This document shows, piece by piece, positions 21,094 to 31,000 of a DNA stretch of 64,000 bases. The notes under the pieces were generated by a model, which was given only the letters and a program-made list of their open reading frames with translations, searched no databases and was not told where the DNA came from. The position numbers and the translations under genes were made by a program. Source of the DNA: Candidatus Bathyarchaeia archaeon (GTDB lineage: Archaea; Thermoproteota; Bathyarchaeia; Bathyarchaeales; Bathycorpusculaceae); the NCBI GenBank assembly GCA_038883795.1, contig JAVZLK010000005.1, positions 39,144 through 103,143 of the forward strand, written 5' to 3'. The first letter of the stretch is position 1. Each line of letters begins with the position of its first letter.

Positions 21094-21609
21094 TTGGAAA
21101 TGGCACAAGAAAAAACCTCTCCAAAAGATTTTTCCAAAGAGATAACAAGCCGACTTGGCGGCGAAACAATAACCTTTTGCTATCAATGCGGAACATGCGC
21201 CAGCAGCTGCCCAGTTGCCAAAATTACGGAAAAGTTCAATCCAAGAGAAGTTATTAGACTGGCGCTTTTGGGAATGAGGGACGAGGTTTTATCCGGCGAT
21301 GCCATTTGGCTCTGTTCCTCATGCTACAACTGTCAAGAACGTTGTCCCCAAAAGGTTGAAATAGCCGACGTCATCTACGCATTGAGAAATCTAGCCATTC
21401 GAGAAGGACACATTCCAAACATCTATTCAGAGTTTGCAGCTGGACTAATGAGTGAAGGGCGCATAGTTCCAATTTCTAAATTTTTAGAAAAGAAAAGACC
21501 AGAATACGGTTTGCCGCCCCTAAAACCAGCAGGCGTTGAAGCGATAAAAAAGATTCTTTCCGCCACGGGTTTTGATAAAATTCAATTCAAAAAGGGTGAG
21601 ACCCAATGA
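21094..21609 (+). CDS. hdrC: Heterodisulfide reductase subunit C (copy 1)
   Basis: CYQCGTCASSCP and WLCSSCYNCQERCP. Confidence 0.93.
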   Translation: MEMAQEKTSPKDFSKEITSRLGGETITFCYQCGTCASSCPVAKITEKFNPREVIRLALLGMRDEVLSGDAIWLCSSCYNCQERCPQKVEIADVIYALRNLAIREGHIPNIYSEFAAGLMSEGRIVPISKFLEKKRPEYGLPPLKPAGVEAIKKILSATGFDKIQFKKGETQ

Positions 21610-22481
21610 CAACATATGCTTTATTCCTTGGCTGCACCATACCCGCCCGCCAACCACATTATGAATTGTCTGCAAGAAAAGCCTTAACAAAATTAGGAAT
21701 AGAACTTGTCGACTTAGATAATATGACATGCTGTGCTCCTCCACCGCTGCAGTCAATAGATTTGGAAACAAGCTTAGCTATTGCTGCCCACAATATTTGT
21801 ATAGCCGAAGAGGCAGACCTTAACATAGTTACTCTTTGCACGGGTTGTTTCGAATCCCTGGCAATGGCGAATGCCATTTTAAAAAAGAATGAAGAACTGA
21901 AAGCGAAAGTGAACAAAATCCTTTCCAGCGTTGGGAAAGAGTTTAAGGGCAATAAAGAAGTTAGGCATTACCTTCAAGTTTTGATGAATGACGTGGGCTT
22001 AAAACGCTTAGAAAAGAGCGTAGTTAAAAAATTAAATAACTTGAAAGTGGCATCCTTTTCTGGTTGCCACCTCCTTAGACCTAGCGCTCTCTTAAAATTT
22101 GACGACCCAGAACGCCCACGAATCTTCGATAACCTAATTGAAGCCTTAGGCGCAAAAAGCATTTGGTATCGAAACAAGCTAAAATGTTGTGGAGGACTTT
22201 TGAGAGGCTATGCTGATGATGTTGCCTTAGCCATTGCGAAAGATAAAATTGTAAACGCTACTAGGGCTGGTGCTGATTGCATATCAACCCTTTGTCCCTT
22301 CTGCTTCTTAACATTAGACTTGGGACAGATGCTCATAAAATCCACTTACAAAGAAGAATACAACATGCCAATCATCCACTATTCTGAACTTCTAAGCCTA
22401 AGTTTGGGAATAGACCCAAAAGAGCTTGCCCTTGACTTTCACAAGGTAAAAGTGGACCCAGTACTGAACAAGATAGGTTAA
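21606..22481 (+). CDS. hdrB: Heterodisulfide reductase subunit B (copy 1)
   Basis: FLGC, TCCA, CTGC, GCHLLRP, CCGG and CPFC (CCG domains). Confidence 0.93.
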   Translation: MTTYALFLGCTIPARQPHYELSARKALTKLGIELVDLDNMTCCAPPPLQSIDLETSLAIAAHNICIAEEADLNIVTLCTGCFESLAMANAILKKNEELKAKVNKILSSVGKEFKGNKEVRHYLQVLMNDVGLKRLEKSVVKKLNNLKVASFSGCHLLRPSALLKFDDPERPRIFDNLIEALGAKSIWYRNKLKCCGGLLRGYADDVALAIAKDKIVNATRAGADCISTLCPFCFLTLDLGQMLIKSTYKEEYNMPIIHYSELLSLSLGIDPKELALDFHKVKVDPVLNKIG

Positions 22482-22520
22482 GCCAAAAATTTCGTCTTAT
22501 AGACGGAAAGCGTTAATAGT

Positions 22521-22751
22521 TTGAAGCTTCACCCAATTTTTGGGAAGCCTAAAATGAAAATAGTTGCTTTAAAAGAGCATACTTGCTATTGTTGTGGAGA
22601 AACAATAAAAAAGGGTGAAGAATGCATCGCCTTATTTGTAAATCCTTCTAACCCAGCCAAAAATGAATTTGATGTGATTTATACATGCCTAAAATGTTTC
22701 GGAGAAGAAGCTTGCAAGATTAGGATAGAGAAAAGAAAAGCAGCTCCATAA
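22521..22751 (+). CDS. Small zinc-finger-like protein
   Basis: HTCYCCGETIKKGE...YTCLKC cysteine pairs. Confidence 0.55.
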   Translation: MKLHPIFGKPKMKIVALKEHTCYCCGETIKKGEECIALFVNPSNPAKNEFDVIYTCLKCFGEEACKIRIEKRKAAP

Positions 22752-22755
22752 TGTT

Positions 22756-23229
22756 TTAACTATTATTGTTTAATTTTGGAATGTAAACTTCAAAAGCCTC
22801 ATTATTATTACACTTCACAACCATATCTTCAATCTTTAAACGCTCAACTGGAAGGTTTAATTTTTGACATTCGTCAACGCAAACTTCTATTCCATTCAAG
22901 TCTTTGTGGCATTTTTTCTTGCAGATCTCTAAACCATCCACACCTGTATGAACTGTAACTTTTTGGTCTCTACAGCGGCATTGCATCAATATCCTAACGT
23001 AATTTTCATTTTCGAAAACATCAATTAATGGTTCTTCCAACTGCGGAAGCGGAATAAAATGTTTAACTGGGCTTGATTCAACTTGTTCACTTATTATGTA
23101 TTTTCTGTAAAGAAGCCTTTCCATCGGTTCCACAACAACATCGCTCTTTTCTTCCTCTTCAGCAATTTTCTTAGCTAAGACCTTGCAGAAAACATCGATA
23201 TTTCGTAATGCTTCTTCAAAATCATCCAA
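22756..23229 (-). CDS. Cys-rich Hsp20/alpha-crystallin-like protein
   Basis: EEPLIDVFENENYVRI...KLNLP...NNEAFEVYIPK resembles the archaeal small heat-shock protein core; 8 cysteines. Confidence 0.5.
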   Translation of the reverse strand: MDDFEEALRNIDVFCKVLAKKIAEEEEKSDVVVEPMERLLYRKYIISEQVESSPVKHFIPLPQLEEPLIDVFENENYVRILMQCRCRDQKVTVHTGVDGLEICKKKCHKDLNGIEVCVDECQKLNLPVERLKIEDMVVKCNNNEAFEVYIPKLNNNS

Positions 23230-23313
23230 GGTCTCGACGCCTCTGTATTTATATTATTTACTTTTATCCTTAAAAGGCTTCTTATGTTATAAATAACGCA
23301 TAAATGATTTAGT

Positions 23314-24390
23314 TTACGCCTTCTTTTTCACCGGCAATGGTGTGGTTCGAACGTGCTTCACTACCCGAATAATATGCTCTACATCTTTTCTCGGCTGCTC
23401 CAACGCTCTGTTTATTGCTATATCCGCAATTGTCGCTCCTTTATCTGCAATCTTGTTCAAACAAGAAATGTTCGCCCTTAAATACGGAATTTCAGGAGCT
23501 TCTCGCATAAGTTTTTCTGCTTCCATTTCTAGCACGTTCTTCATTTCCAACACCCCATTGGCAACTTTAAGATCTCTTGTGAAGATGCAGTCTAAGGCTT
23601 TCTGGAAAATAGTCTGTGTCAACTCGCCCATATGATAAATCCTTTCCACAATCTCTTTTGGAATTCTATCTCTGTAAGGTTCTAACTCGATAATTTTTTT
23701 CGCTATGTCTTCAGAATAGTCTGCGATCAACTCTAAATATTGCAATATTAAACGGGTGGCGGGAATAAAGAGGATATCCGTTGCTCCTACTTGCTCTGCC
23801 ACCGCAGGTTTTGCTTGTGCAGAAAGGAGCAAACGCACCGCCAAATAATAAATAGTGTCTGCTTCATCTTCTCGGCTGACTGCCTCATTGGCTAAAGAAT
23901 AGTTTTTCTCTAAGAAAGCTTGCATAGCCTCAGACAAAATTGTTGAAGCAATCAAGGACAATCGTCTAATAAGCATGTCAATTTTAAACTTGGCTGGGTC
24001 CACGGAGCATTGCAACAAAATATTGTTTGGCGTTTCTTCCAGAATACCTAAACCAATGAGTTTGCGAACAATTCTCCGAATTTCATCCACATGCATCTTC
24101 CCTATTCTACTGGAAGAAGTTACCCTTATAACATCTCGTCCAAGAATATAGCTTCCGACAATTATTCTTTCCAGCATGCCATGCTCATCGCATGCATCTG
24201 CATTTATTATGTATTCTTCTGCTTCCTCTTTCAGCGCCATCTGACTTGGCACGATTTTTAATGTGCCGTCTCTTTCTGGTATGAGGAAGACAAGGTCTCC
24301 TGGGTTGATGTTGTTTTGTTTTGCCCATTCGCTTGGTAGTGAAACTGTCATAGTTGAGTATCCTACTTTTTGAACTTTTCTGCTTTCCAA
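23314..24390 (-). CDS. AbrB-PhoU phosphate uptake regulator (archaeal type)
   Basis: RKVQKVGYSTMTVSLPSEWA AbrB domain followed by PhoU repeats (EDEAD, ELIADY). Probable TTG start at 24390; the ORF track extends to 24444. Confidence 0.88.
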   Translation of the reverse strand: MESRKVQKVGYSTMTVSLPSEWAKQNNINPGDLVFLIPERDGTLKIVPSQMALKEEAEEYIINADACDEHGMLERIIVGSYILGRDVIRVTSSSRIGKMHVDEIRRIVRKLIGLGILEETPNNILLQCSVDPAKFKIDMLIRRLSLIASTILSEAMQAFLEKNYSLANEAVSREDEADTIYYLAVRLLLSAQAKPAVAEQVGATDILFIPATRLILQYLELIADYSEDIAKKIIELEPYRDRIPKEIVERIYHMGELTQTIFQKALDCIFTRDLKVANGVLEMKNVLEMEAEKLMREAPEIPYLRANISCLNKIADKGATIADIAINRALEQPRKDVEHIIRVVKHVRTTPLPVKKKA

Positions 24391-24405
24391 AATAGATTCC
24401 TTCGG

Positions 24406-24439
24406 ATGGTATTTACTATTATTTGTTTTATATGCATTA
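24406..24439. repeat. 34-bp imperfect direct repeat, copy A
   Basis: ATGGTATTTACTATTATTTGTTTTATATGCATTA; 28/34 identical to 24782..24815, with the first 17 bp identical. Confidence 0.8.
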
Positions 24440-24505
24440 CGCATATCTCTTCTATTATGTTATGTATTAGCTAAATATTAAGGAAAGGAAAAATGATGAA
24501 AGGTT

Positions 24506-24748
24506 GTGAAATTTTTGGAGGCATCAATGATGGAAAAGCCTATTAGGAGTTTGGTTAAAGCTATTTCTTGGCGAATTGTTGCAACCCTCACTACGATACT
24601 TTTGGTTGTTGTGTTTAGTAAAGATTTGGTTTTAGGCACAGTTGTGGGGATCACGGAACTTATAGTGAAGACTGTTGTCTATTACGTTCATGAACGTGTT
24701 TGGAATTTATCCAACTTCGGTAGAGAAGTCAAAAGCAAAGTGCAGTAA
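24506..24748 (+). CDS. DUF2061-like small membrane protein
   Basis: RSLVKAISWRIVAT...KTVVYYVHERVW signature. The start is probably ATG 24527 or 24530 after GGAGG. Confidence 0.85.
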   Translation: MKFLEASMMEKPIRSLVKAISWRIVATLTTILLVVVFSKDLVLGTVVGITELIVKTVVYYVHERVWNLSNFGREVKSKVQ

Positions 24749-24781
24749 TCATTTCGGTGTCGATGTGGGGGCGCTCTAAAT

Positions 24782-24815
24782 ATGGTATTTACTATTATAA
24801 TTTATAAATGCACTA
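24782..24815. repeat. 34-bp imperfect direct repeat, copy B
   Basis: ATGGTATTTACTATTATAATTTATAAATGCACTA, upstream of the RHH-GcvH gene. Confidence 0.8.
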
Positions 24816-24873
24816 AGTATATATTTAATTCTTCAACTATATATAACTCAAGATTAAAGGAGGTTGATAAAAA

Positions 24874-25476
24874 ATGACCGAAAAAACATCAGAATGGAAA
24901 ACTGTAAGCATAAGACAAGAACTCATAAAAGAAATAGAAGAAGCTATAAAAACAGGACGCTACCGAAGCATTTCAGAATTTGTCTCAGAAGCCATCCGAC
25001 TACGCTTAGAAGACTTGATGAGAGCAGAAGGAATTCCAATTGAAAAACGCAAAGAACTTTTAGCAAAGCCAGAACTGTTGCTCTACACGCCTAAACACAC
25101 ATGGGCTCAAATCACTCCTGAAGGAAACATAAGAGTCGGCGTTTCCGAATATGCCCAAAAACACTTGAAAAGCATAGTTCGCGTACTTACAGAGCCTGTT
25201 GGAAAGGAAATCAATAAGATGGAGCCTTTCGGAGTTGCCGAAACTTGGATGTTCATGTTCGACCTTTACGCTCCAGTCAGCGGCAAAATAGTCAAAGTCA
25301 ACGAGAAATTAAAGAACGAACCCAACATCATAAACGAAGACCCATACAACGAAGGATGGATCATTGAGATAAAACCCAAAAACTCTTTGGTTTTGGAAGA
25401 GGAACTTAAAAAGCTACTTAGCGCAAGAGAGTACAACAAGTGGATAAGCAAGCTTGAAGGAAGATTACGCGAATAA
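24874..25476 (+). CDS. Ribbon-helix-helix (CopG-like) domain fused to a GcvH-like domain lacking the lipoyl lysine
   Basis: N-terminal WKTVSIRQELIKEIE...YRSISEFVSEAIR (RHH). C-terminal YTPKHTWA...RVGVSEYAQ...DLYAPVSGKIVKVNE...INEDPYNEGWI (H-protein fold), with ETWM in place of ESVK. Confidence 0.85.
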   Translation: MTEKTSEWKTVSIRQELIKEIEEAIKTGRYRSISEFVSEAIRLRLEDLMRAEGIPIEKRKELLAKPELLLYTPKHTWAQITPEGNIRVGVSEYAQKHLKSIVRVLTEPVGKEINKMEPFGVAETWMFMFDLYAPVSGKIVKVNEKLKNEPNIINEDPYNEGWIIEIKPKNSLVLEEELKKLLSAREYNKWISKLEGRLRE

Positions 25477-25599
25477 CCCCCTAATTTCCCCTTTTTATTT
25501 GCTGCATTTTTTTGATGTGTTATGTTTGTGTTAAGCTTAACTTAGGTGGCTTAATATATTCGGCTTATAAAACTTTACATAGGTAAAGCTGGTTCCATA

Positions 25600-27312
25600 A
25601 TGACAGCTAAAACCGAAACAAAAGTGAGAAAACTTCCACCATGCCGCGCGGCATGCCCAGCCCATGTCAACGTTCAAGGATATGTAGCTCTGTTGCAAAT
25701 GGGAAAATTTAAGGAAGCTGTTGAAATTATCAGAAAAGATATGCCCTTTCCAGCAATATGCGGAAGAGTCTGTTTCAGCCCATGCGAAGATGCTTGTGCA
25801 AGAACCAACGTGGACCAAGCAGTAGCCATACGCGCCCTAAAAAGACTTGTAGCAGACATTGAAAGAGAAACTGGAAGAGTGAAGCCAGAACCCATACCGA
25901 AAAAATACAGCGAAAAAATAGCCATAATAGGCGCGGGTCCAGCAGGTTTAACAGCAGCTTACGAACTCGCGAAGCTTGGTTATCCAGTAACAGTTTTTGA
26001 GCGGATGAGCGAAGCCGGTGGAATGATGCGGTATTGCATACCAGAATTTCGCCTTGAAAAATTTGTGGTGGCCAACGAAATAGCCTACATAAAAGATTTA
26101 GGCGTAGAAATTAAAACGGGGGTAGAATTTGGAAAAGACATAACCATCCAAAGTCTACAAGACGAAGGTTATAAGGCTATTTTCTTAGCCATCGGAACAC
26201 AACTTGGCATGAAGCTAAACGTTCCAGGCGAAGATTTGGAAGGCGTAATAAACGCCGTTGACTTCTTAAAAGCCGTGAATTTGGGAGAACCTGTTAAGGT
26301 TGGAGAAAAAGTTGCGGTTGTCGGAGGTGGAAACACTGCTATTGATGCTGCACGTACTGCGAAAAAGTTCGGCGCAAAAGAAGTTATGATATTGTATAGG
26401 CGTTCCCGAGAAGAAATGCCAGCCTTGCCCCATGAAGTTGAATTGGCTGAGAAGGATGGAATAAAGTTCTATTTTCTTGTTGCGCCAAAGCAGATTATAG
26501 GTGAAAATGGTAGGGTTAAAGCCATCGAATGCTTAAGAATGCGGTTAGGCGAACCGGACGAAAGCGGAAGAAGACGCCCAATACCCATAAGCTTTTCTGA
26601 ACACCAATACGAAGTTGACATGGTGATTCCAGCCCTTGGACAAATGGCAGAAATTTCATGCATACCAAAAGAACTTCTAGACAAAGAAGCAAGAGCCCCA
26701 TCACTAAAAGTTGACCCAACAACCCTAGAAACAAATATGCCTGGCGTTTTTGCAGGAGGCGACATAGCCACTGGACCAGCTAGCATAATTGAGGCTGTGG
26801 GTGCTGGGAAAAAGGCGGTTGTTTCAATTCACCGTTATCTTCAAGGAATGGATTTGCGAAGTGGAAGAGAGGAAGTTGAGGAGACAACTTGGGTTAAAAA
26901 CTGGGGATACATTAACAAAAAAGAACGCAGATATGAGCCTCCAGTGGAGAAGCCTAGGCTGAGTTTTGAGGAGGCAAGGGAATATTTAGAGAAGATAAAG
27001 CAGCAAGCCATGTTTGAAGCCTTTCGCTGCTTGGGATGCGGACCATGTGCTGAGTGCCTAGCTAACTTAGAATTGTGCGAAGGCGACAAGGCGGTTGTTG
27101 ACGAAACGCTTTGCATAGGCTGTAATGTCTGCGCTGTTGTCTGTCCATTTGGGGCAATTAAAAAGAATGAAAAGGAAATTGCACAAGTAAACGAAGATCT
27201 TTGCAAGGGCTGTGGAATTTGCGCGGCAAGATGCCCAGAACAAGCCATAACAATGAAGAAACTGCCAAACGAGAAAATCCTAAGCCTCGCTTTGACAACA
27301 GTTAAGGGGTGA
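25600..27312 (+). CDS. GltD/NfnB-like NAD(P)H flavoprotein with HdrA-type C-terminal ferredoxin (HdrL-like module)
   Basis: PPCRAACP, CGRVCFSPCEDAC, GAGPAG, GGGNTAID, AGGD and EAFRCLGCGPC, then two CxxCxxCxxxCP motifs. Confidence 0.85.
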   Translation: MTAKTETKVRKLPPCRAACPAHVNVQGYVALLQMGKFKEAVEIIRKDMPFPAICGRVCFSPCEDACARTNVDQAVAIRALKRLVADIERETGRVKPEPIPKKYSEKIAIIGAGPAGLTAAYELAKLGYPVTVFERMSEAGGMMRYCIPEFRLEKFVVANEIAYIKDLGVEIKTGVEFGKDITIQSLQDEGYKAIFLAIGTQLGMKLNVPGEDLEGVINAVDFLKAVNLGEPVKVGEKVAVVGGGNTAIDAARTAKKFGAKEVMILYRRSREEMPALPHEVELAEKDGIKFYFLVAPKQIIGENGRVKAIECLRMRLGEPDESGRRRPIPISFSEHQYEVDMVIPALGQMAEISCIPKELLDKEARAPSLKVDPTTLETNMPGVFAGGDIATGPASIIEAVGAGKKAVVSIHRYLQGMDLRSGREEVEETTWVKNWGYINKKERRYEPPVEKPRLSFEEAREYLEKIKQQAMFEAFRCLGCGPCAECLANLELCEGDKAVVDETLCIGCNVCAVVCPFGAIKKNEKEIAQVNEDLCKGCGICAARCPEQAITMKKLPNEKILSLALTTVKG

Positions 27313-28076
27313 TAATAGGAATGGAAGCAGACAAATACAATATTGTTTGCTTCATGTGTAACTGGGCTTTTTGCCAAGAGAAATTGCAAATTCCATCAGA
27401 TGTGAATGTTGTCCGCGTAATGTGTATTGGAAGAATAGACCCAGCTATGGTTCTGGAAACCTTTGAAAAGGGTGTAGACGGCGTCATGCTTGTGGGTTGC
27501 AAGCCACCAGACTGCCATTATATTGAAGGAAACCTTCAAGCAGAACGTGCCGTGAAAATGTTAAGGAAACTTCTTAAACTGACTGGATTAGAGACAGAGC
27601 GCATAAAACTCCTTTGGTATTCTCCTACGGATGAGAAAAGTTTTGAAAGCTGTGCTAAAAAATTCTTAAAGGAAATAAAAGAAATCGGCTTTTCTCCATT
27701 AAAAAGCGAAGCGCCGAATTCTAGACTTTTGGTTAATGTTTTAGCAGCCAAAAATGCTGCCTCAGACTTTAGGCTTAGGGTTTTGCTTGGGAGAGAAAAG
27801 GAGTTAACAGAAGGCGTTAACGTTTACGGCGAAAAATTGTCAGCAGAGGAATTTGATGCCTTATTGGATGAAATTGTCACGGAAGAATTTGTTCGACATA
27901 AAATCCATGTATTAACCAAAACTGAACCGCTCTCAGTAAAGGCTTTGGCTGACACTCTTGGAATGAAAACCGCAAATGTTCTCAAGCACATTGTGAACAT
28001 GCGAAGGAAAAATATGATAGCCCTAGACCACGTGGAGGGCACAACTCCCCTTTACAGAGCGTTGGAGGTTAAATAA
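27309..28076 (+). CDS. MvhD-like [2Fe-2S] domain fused to a C-terminal winged helix-turn-helix
   Basis: FMCNW, VMCIGRIDP and GCKPPDCHY; tail PLSVKALADTLGMKTANVLKHIVNMRRKNMI. The start may be ATG 27321. Confidence 0.78.
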   Translation: MIIGMEADKYNIVCFMCNWAFCQEKLQIPSDVNVVRVMCIGRIDPAMVLETFEKGVDGVMLVGCKPPDCHYIEGNLQAERAVKMLRKLLKLTGLETERIKLLWYSPTDEKSFESCAKKFLKEIKEIGFSPLKSEAPNSRLLVNVLAAKNAASDFRLRVLLGREKELTEGVNVYGEKLSAEEFDALLDEIVTEEFVRHKIHVLTKTEPLSVKALADTLGMKTANVLKHIVNMRRKNMIALDHVEGTTPLYRALEVK

Positions 28077-31000
28077 ATGGCGGAAGAAAGAGTTGGAGCA
28101 GTTCTTGTAGTTGGCGGAGGAGTAGCCGGAATACAAGCGTCGCTGGATTTGGCTGATTCCGGCTTTAAAGTGTATTTAATTGATGAAGGAGCAAGCATTG
28201 GTGGAGTGATGGCTCAGCTTGACAAAACATTTCCAACAAACGACTGTTCAATGTGCATTTTATCGCCCAAACTTGTGGCTACCGGGAGACACCCAAACAT
28301 CACAATCTTGACGAACACGGAAATATTAGGTTTGAAGGGTGAAGCTGGAAATTTCGAAGTGAAACTTCGAAAACGTAGCCGTTACATAATCGAAGAGAAA
28401 TGCAACGGATGTGGTTTATGCGCACAAAAATGCCCCATTGAAGCCGTGGACATGTATAATGAGGGGTTAAGCGAAAGAAGCGCAATTTATGTGGATTATC
28501 CCCAAGCGGTTCCACTAAAATACAAAATTGACCGTGAAAAATGCATTGGCTGCGGAACATGCTACGAAATTTGTAAAGCAAAGGCTGTAGCCTACGACCA
28601 ACAAGACAGCGAAGCAACATTAAAAGTTGGCTCAATAATCCTTGCGCCGGGATTTGAACCCTTCGACGCCAAATTGAAAAGCGAATACGGTTATGGACGC
28701 TACCCAAACGTTGTTACAAGCATAGAATTTGAGCGCATCCTAAGCGCTTCTGGACCTTACGGTGGACTTGTTTTAAGACCTTCGGATGGCGAAATTCCGA
28801 AAAAGATAGCGTTTATTCAATGTGTTGGTTCCCGCGATTATAAGCTTGGAAATAATTATTGTTCTGCTGCATGTTGCATGTATGGAATAAAAGAGGCAGT
28901 AATAGCCAAAGAACACACGCCGACAAAGTTGGACGCCACAATTTTCTACATGGATTTGAGGGCTTATGGAAAAGAATTTGATGCATACTATAATAGGGCA
29001 AAGGAAGAATGGGGCATACGCTTTGTAAGGTCAAGAGTGGCCTCAATAACAGAAGACCCGTCTACTGGAAACCTTTTCGTTCATTACGTGGAGGACGAAC
29101 AGCCTAAAACAGAAGAATTTGACATGGTTGTCTTATCCATAGGCATGCAGCCTCCAAAAAATGTTGAAAAAATAGCCAAAGTTTTAGGCATAGAACTTAA
29201 CAAGTACAAGTTTTGTGAAACAAAAACCTTTTCGCCATTAGAAACATCAAAACCAGGCATCTTCGTCTGCGGAGCATTCAGCGCACCAAAGGATATCCCA
29301 GAAAGCGTTGCCCAAGCAAGCGGTGCAGCAGCAAAGGCAATGAGCATAATCGCCAGTGAAAGAGGAAAGCTTGTAACAGTTAAGGAATACCCGCCAGAAA
29401 GAGATATCAGTCAAGAAGAACCCCGCATAGGCGTTTTTGTCTGCCACTGCGGAATCAACATAGGCGGAGTTGTTAATGTTCCAGAAGTAGTGGAGTACGC
29501 AAAAACTTTGCCAAACGTGGTTTACGCCGAAGCCAACCTATACACATGCTCTCAAGACACTCAGAAGCTGATTAGAGAAAAAATCCAACAATACAATCTT
29601 AACCGTGTTGTTGTGGCTTCTTGCACGCCGCGAACGCATGAGCCATTATTTAGGGAAACTGTTCAAGAGGCTGGCTTAAACCCCTATCTGTTTGAGATGG
29701 CAAACATAAGAGATCAGTGTAGTTGGGTGCATATGCACGAACCAAAGGAGGCAACAGAAAAAGCAAAAGACCTTGTCCGCTCGGTTGTGGCAAAAGCCAA
29801 ACTTCTCAAACCACTGAAAAAGCCAGAGATAAGCGTAACACCAGTAGGCTTAATCATAGGCGGCGGCGTTGCTGGAATGACTGCAGCCTTAGAACTGGCA
29901 AAACAAGGGTTTGAGGCGCATCTTGTTGAAAGAGAAAAGGAGTTGGGTGGGCACTTACGCAAAATTTACTATTTGTTGGAAGGCGATAATCCAAGAGAAA
30001 GGTTGAATGCGTTAATTAACGATGTTATGGAAAATGCTAGGATACATGTTCACTTAAACTCGGAAGTGGTAGAAATCAGCGGATTTGTTGGCAACTTCAA
30101 ATCAAAAATAAAACATAATGACGGCAAGGAAGAGGAGGTTAAACATGGCATAATAATAGTTGCCACTGGCGCAACAGAATACAAACCCACAGAATATCTT
30201 TACGGCAAAGACCCACGGGTTATGACACAGCACGAGTTAGAGGAAAAAATTGCAAAAGGCGATTTTAAAGCAAAAAATGTTGTTATGATTCAATGTGTTG
30301 GAGCAAGAAACGAGGAAAGACCAAACTGCGCAAGAATCTGCTGTGGACAAGCAATAAAAAACGCTTTAAAAATTAAGGAGATAAGCCCAGAAACAGAAGT
30401 TTACATATTGTACAAGGATATTCGCTCATATGGCTTTAAGGAAGACTATTACCGCAAAGCCTCAGAAAAAGGCGTCCTATTCATAAACTACGAGGATAGC
30501 GGAAAACCACAAGTTAGAAATGAAAAAGGAAAATTGGAAGTAACCTTTTGGGAGCCCGTAATAAAGCAAGAATTAACTATTGAACCAGACCTTGTAATTT
30601 TAAGCGCTGCTACAATCCCAAATCCAGACAACAAACGTGTAGCAGAAATGCTCAAGGTGCCTCTAACAAAAGATGGCTTCTTCTTGGAAGCGCATATGAA
30701 ACTTAGACCTGTGGACTTTGCGACAGAGGGCGTTTTTCTCTGCGGAATGGCGCACTCGCCAAAATACATAGACGAAAGCATAGCGCAGGCGTGCGCTGCA
30801 GCAGCAAGAGCCACAACAATACTTTCAAAACCAACCCTTGAAATGGAGGGAATAGTGGCAAACGTGAACGAAGATTTATGTAGTGGTTGTAGAATTTGTG
30901 AATATCTATGCCCATACGGGGCAATAGAAATGAAGCAAAAAGACGATAGGCTAATCGCACATGTAATCGAAGCCTTATGCAAAGGCTGCGGCGCCTGCGG

